DNA of 64,000 nucleotides from Alphaproteobacteria bacterium (GTDB lineage Bacteria; Pseudomonadota; Alphaproteobacteria; RF32; CAG-239): NCBI GenBank assembly GCA_015062535.1, contig SUUK01000002.1, positions 31,946 to 95,945 of the forward strand, read 5' to 3'. Shown piece by piece: positions 61,785 to 64,000 of this stretch (position 1 is its first letter; each line of letters starts with the position of its first letter). The notes under the pieces were generated by a model. It saw only the letters and a program-made list of their open reading frames with translations, ran no database searches and was not told where the DNA came from. The position numbers and the translations under genes were made by a program.

Positions 61785-62837
61785 ATGAGAGAAGATATTT
61801 TAGAAAAGCAGTTATTTGAGATAATCAAAAATAAAAAAATGGCGGAGCATATCAAACTTGCCAAGATTGATATGCTAATTAAACTTGGGGTTGATGTTAA
61901 TGCTATGTATGGAGCGAAGTCTACATTAAAGCTTGCAAATGAGGTAGATGAGCCGAAAATTATAGAATTTCTAAAAGAAAAAGGTGGAAAAGATATTTTT
62001 GATGAAGAAATTGCTAAAGAACTTGGTAAAAAATTAATAGAAGTTTGTGCAAATGGAGAAAAAAAAGACGTTGAAGAATTAATAGATATGGGAGCTGATA
62101 TTCATCAAAAAGGTTTTGATGGACAGACAGCTTTAATGGAGGCTTCAAAAAGTGGTCATAAAGAAATTGTAGAGTTATTAATAGAAAAAGGAGCGGATGT
62201 TAATGCTGAAACTAATGGTGGTAGTACAGCTTTGATGAATGCTTCAGGTAAAGGATGTAAGGAAGTTGTGGAGCTATTAATAGAAAAAGGAGCAAATGTT
62301 AATCAAAAAGATGAGGATGGATGGACAGCTTTGATGGAAGCTTCAAAAAGTGGTCATAAGGAAGTTGTAGAGCTATTAATTCAACAAGGGGTGGATATTA
62401 ATCAAAAAGATAACAATAGTCGGATAGCTTTGATGTGGGCTTCGTATAGAGGATATAAGGAAGTTGTTGGGTTATTAATAGAAAAAGGGGCTGATGTTAA
62501 TCAAAAAGATAATGTTGGTTGGACTGCTTTGATGTATGCTTCAGGTGGTGGATGTAAGGATGTTGTGGAGCTTTTAATTCAAAAAGGAGCGGATGTTAAT
62601 GCTAAAGCTAATGGTGGTAGTACAGCTTTGATGTGGGCTTCAGATGATGGATGTATGGAAGTTGTGGAGTTATTAATAGAAAAAGGGGCTGATGTTAATC
62701 AAAAGGATAATTATGGTCAAAATGCCATGATGCGTGCAAACGATGAGGAAACAAGAAAAGCTATAATGGAAGCTGTTAAGAAGAGAGAAGAGAAAGCTAG
62801 AGAAAATGTTATTATTCAAGGGTTTGAGCGAGAATAA
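61785..62837 (+). CDS. Ankyrin-repeat protein, paralog 5 (6 repeats plus cap, IQGFERE tail)
   Basis: 350 aa from ATG 61785 (MREDILEKQLFEIIKNKKMAEHIK). The ORF-track start at 61758 lies at the predicted transcription start and has no RBS. Confidence 0.9.
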   Translation: MREDILEKQLFEIIKNKKMAEHIKLAKIDMLIKLGVDVNAMYGAKSTLKLANEVDEPKIIEFLKEKGGKDIFDEEIAKELGKKLIEVCANGEKKDVEELIDMGADIHQKGFDGQTALMEASKSGHKEIVELLIEKGADVNAETNGGSTALMNASGKGCKEVVELLIEKGANVNQKDEDGWTALMEASKSGHKEVVELLIQQGVDINQKDNNSRIALMWASYRGYKEVVGLLIEKGADVNQKDNVGWTALMYASGGGCKDVVELLIQKGADVNAKANGGSTALMWASDDGCMEVVELLIEKGADVNQKDNYGQNAMMRANDEETRKAIMEAVKKREEKARENVIIQGFERE

Positions 62838-62894
62838 AGGTTTTAATTCGGAGATCCCTTGACGTTTTGCTAAAGCAAAACGAGGGATGACGGG
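62838..62894 (+). repeat. Ankyrin-associated hairpin element (variant stem)
   Basis: AGGTTTTAATTCGGAGATCCCTTGACGTTTTGCTAAAGCAAAACGAGGGATGACGGG. Stem CGTTTTGC (62863-62870) pairs with GCAAAACG (62875-62882), loop TAAA. Outer TCCCT/AGGGA pairing. Confidence 0.8.
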
Positions 62895-62909
62895 AGTTGT
62901 ATGTTTTTA

Positions 62910-62938
62910 TTGAAAATAAGGGTGTTTTGTGATAAAAT
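62910..62938 (+). promoter_or_regulatory. Extended -10 promoter of the shared module (ank gene 6)
   Basis: TTGAAA (62910-62915), 17-nt spacer ending in TTTTGTGA, TAAAAT (62933-62938), then leader AGGCTATGTTTTTTAGAAAAACGAGGG. Confidence 0.65.
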
Positions 62939-62969
62939 AGGCTATGTTTTTTAGAAAAACGAGGGCAAA

Positions 62970-63731
62970 ATGAGTGAGAATATCTTAGAAAAGCAATTAA
63001 TCGATATAATCAAAGATAAAGAAATGGCGGAGTATTTGAAGCTAGCTAAGGTTGATATGCTTGTTAAGTTAGGGGTGAATGTTAATGCTATGTATGGGGC
63101 AAGGTCTGTTCTTTTGTATGCAAAATCAAAAGAAGCTAATCGAATATGTGAATTGCTTGAGAAAAATGGCGCAAAAGAAATTTTTGATGAAGAAATTGCC
63201 AAAGAAATTGGCAAAAAAATAAGTTTGATTTGTGATGATGAAAATCCGGATATTAATGAAATTAAAGAATTGATTGATATGGGTGCATATCTTAAAGCCA
63301 AAGGTTGGTGGGGGAGAACAACTTTAATGGATGCGTCAAAAAGAGGTCTGAAGGAAGTTGTTGAGTTATTAATTCAAAAAGGGGCTAATGTTAATGCAAA
63401 GGACAACTATAGACTTACGCCAATTTTTATAGCTACAATGAATGGACATAAAGAGATTGTAGAAATATTAATTCAAAATGGAGCAAATGTTAATGCTAGA
63501 GATAAAGATGGGGTAACAGTTTTGATGGAGGCTTCACGCAGAGGTTATAGGGATATTATAAGGTTATTAATTCAAAATGGCGCAAATGTTAATGCTAGAG
63601 ATAGGTGGGGAAAGTCGGCAATATTATATGCAAAGGATGATGTAAAAATAAGAAAAGTGATAATTAAGGAAATTAAGAAAAGAAATATAAAAACAAGTGA
63701 AAAGATTAGTTCTAATGAATTTGATAGATAA
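62970..63731 (+). CDS. Ankyrin-repeat protein, paralog 6 (3 repeats plus cap, divergent tail)
   Basis: 253 aa. Head MSENILEKQLIDIIKDKEMAEYLK. Repeats GWWGRTTLMDASKRGLKEVVELLIQKGANVN etc. Tail ..RNIKTSEKISSNEFDR. Confidence 0.9.
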   Translation: MSENILEKQLIDIIKDKEMAEYLKLAKVDMLVKLGVNVNAMYGARSVLLYAKSKEANRICELLEKNGAKEIFDEEIAKEIGKKISLICDDENPDINEIKELIDMGAYLKAKGWWGRTTLMDASKRGLKEVVELLIQKGANVNAKDNYRLTPIFIATMNGHKEIVEILIQNGANVNARDKDGVTVLMEASRRGYRDIIRLLIQNGANVNARDRWGKSAILYAKDDVKIRKVIIKEIKKRNIKTSEKISSNEFDR

Positions 63732-63748
63732 GATTTTATGATTAAATT

Positions 63749-63784
63749 TTGAGCGGTAGGTAAAACTACCGCTTTTTTTATATT
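63749..63784. terminator. Bidirectional intrinsic terminator (right copy of the duplicated segment)
   Basis: TTGAGCGGTAGGTAAAACTACCGCTTTTTTTATATT. Overlaps the stop codon (63778-63780) of the convergent permease gene. Confidence 0.8.
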
Positions 63785-64000
63785 TTATCAAAGTTTATAC
63801 GTGGGTCTACTAATGAATATGTTAGGTCGCTTATTAGTTTTAATACCAATCCAAGTAGTGCAAAAATGTAAAGCGTGCCAAAAATTACAGGGTAATCTCT
63901 GGTCATTATGGCTTCATACCCAAGTAATCCCATACCATTTAGGCTAAAGATTATTTCTATTAATAGTGAGCCGGTAAATAGGATTTTGATTAATAATGCT
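63778..64000 (-). CDS. ABC peptide-type transporter permease, C-terminal fragment (OppB/DppB/YejB-like; runs off the window)
   Basis: Reverse-strand translation gives ...[42 protein letters not shown]. This is the characteristic C-terminus of binding-protein-dependent permeases (..D..Y...DPRI..). Not in the ORF track because it is truncated. Confidence 0.75.
   Translation of the reverse strand, partial: ALLIKILFTGSLLIEIIFSLNGMGLLGYEAIMTRDYPVIFGTLYIFALLGLVLKLISDLTYSLVDPRINFDKI

Noticed and set aside
1-64000. Search for mobile elements, prophage, rRNA, tmRNA, RNase P and riboswitches.
   Set aside because: I recognised no transposase, integrase, phage structural gene, rRNA or well-known structured-RNA signature in any frame or intergenic region. 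This absence is based on reading by eye and should be confirmed with Infernal/Rfam and ISfinder searches.

Overview
This is a 64-kb window of a very AT-rich Gram-negative chromosome; hand-counted 60-nt lines give about 28-37% G+C. The core genes are rpsA, gmk, cysK, lptG, rarA, rluC, trxB, secA, sufCD, dnaE, pepA, tsaC, pssA, pfkA and tRNA-Leu(UAA). Their order (yebC-ruvC; ruvA-ruvB-ybgC; rplY-pth-ychF; a parvulin PPIase divergent from secA; a small CDP-alcohol-type pssA) looks alphaproteobacterial. The accessory genes suggest a host-associated, Holosporales/Rickettsiales-like organism, but that taxonomic call is inference only. About 60 CDS are supported. I saw no rRNA, CRISPR array, transposase or integrase. 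Stand-out content: (i) Six paralogous ankyrin-repeat genes sit in two loci (43.5-47.2 kb and 61.8-63.7 kb). They are built like cassettes, with a shared extended -10 promoter/leader module upstream and a conserved structured hairpin element downstream. They show signs of tandem duplication, gene conversion and a homopolymer-driven change of the C-terminal tail. The same promoter/leader module also precedes an unrelated two-gene operon (52.8-55.5 kb) encoding an orphan protein and an S41-peptidase-like protein whose catalytic Lys position is Met. (ii) A DUF805-like polytopic membrane domain is fused to an inhibitory-type serpin. (iii) A RimK-related cluster (retropepsin-like protease, inactive-transglutaminase-7TM protein, ATP-grasp ligase) lies in a 6.9-kb block that separates ruvC from ruvAB. 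(iv) An XRE regulator, a perfect 18-bp palindromic operator and two orphan genes form a small module. (v) A chlamydial-Pmp-type autotransporter is preceded by a G9 tract. (vi) In two places, lineage-specific genes lie between duplicated copies of an intrinsic terminator. (vii) The first 1.1 kb is compositionally foreign.
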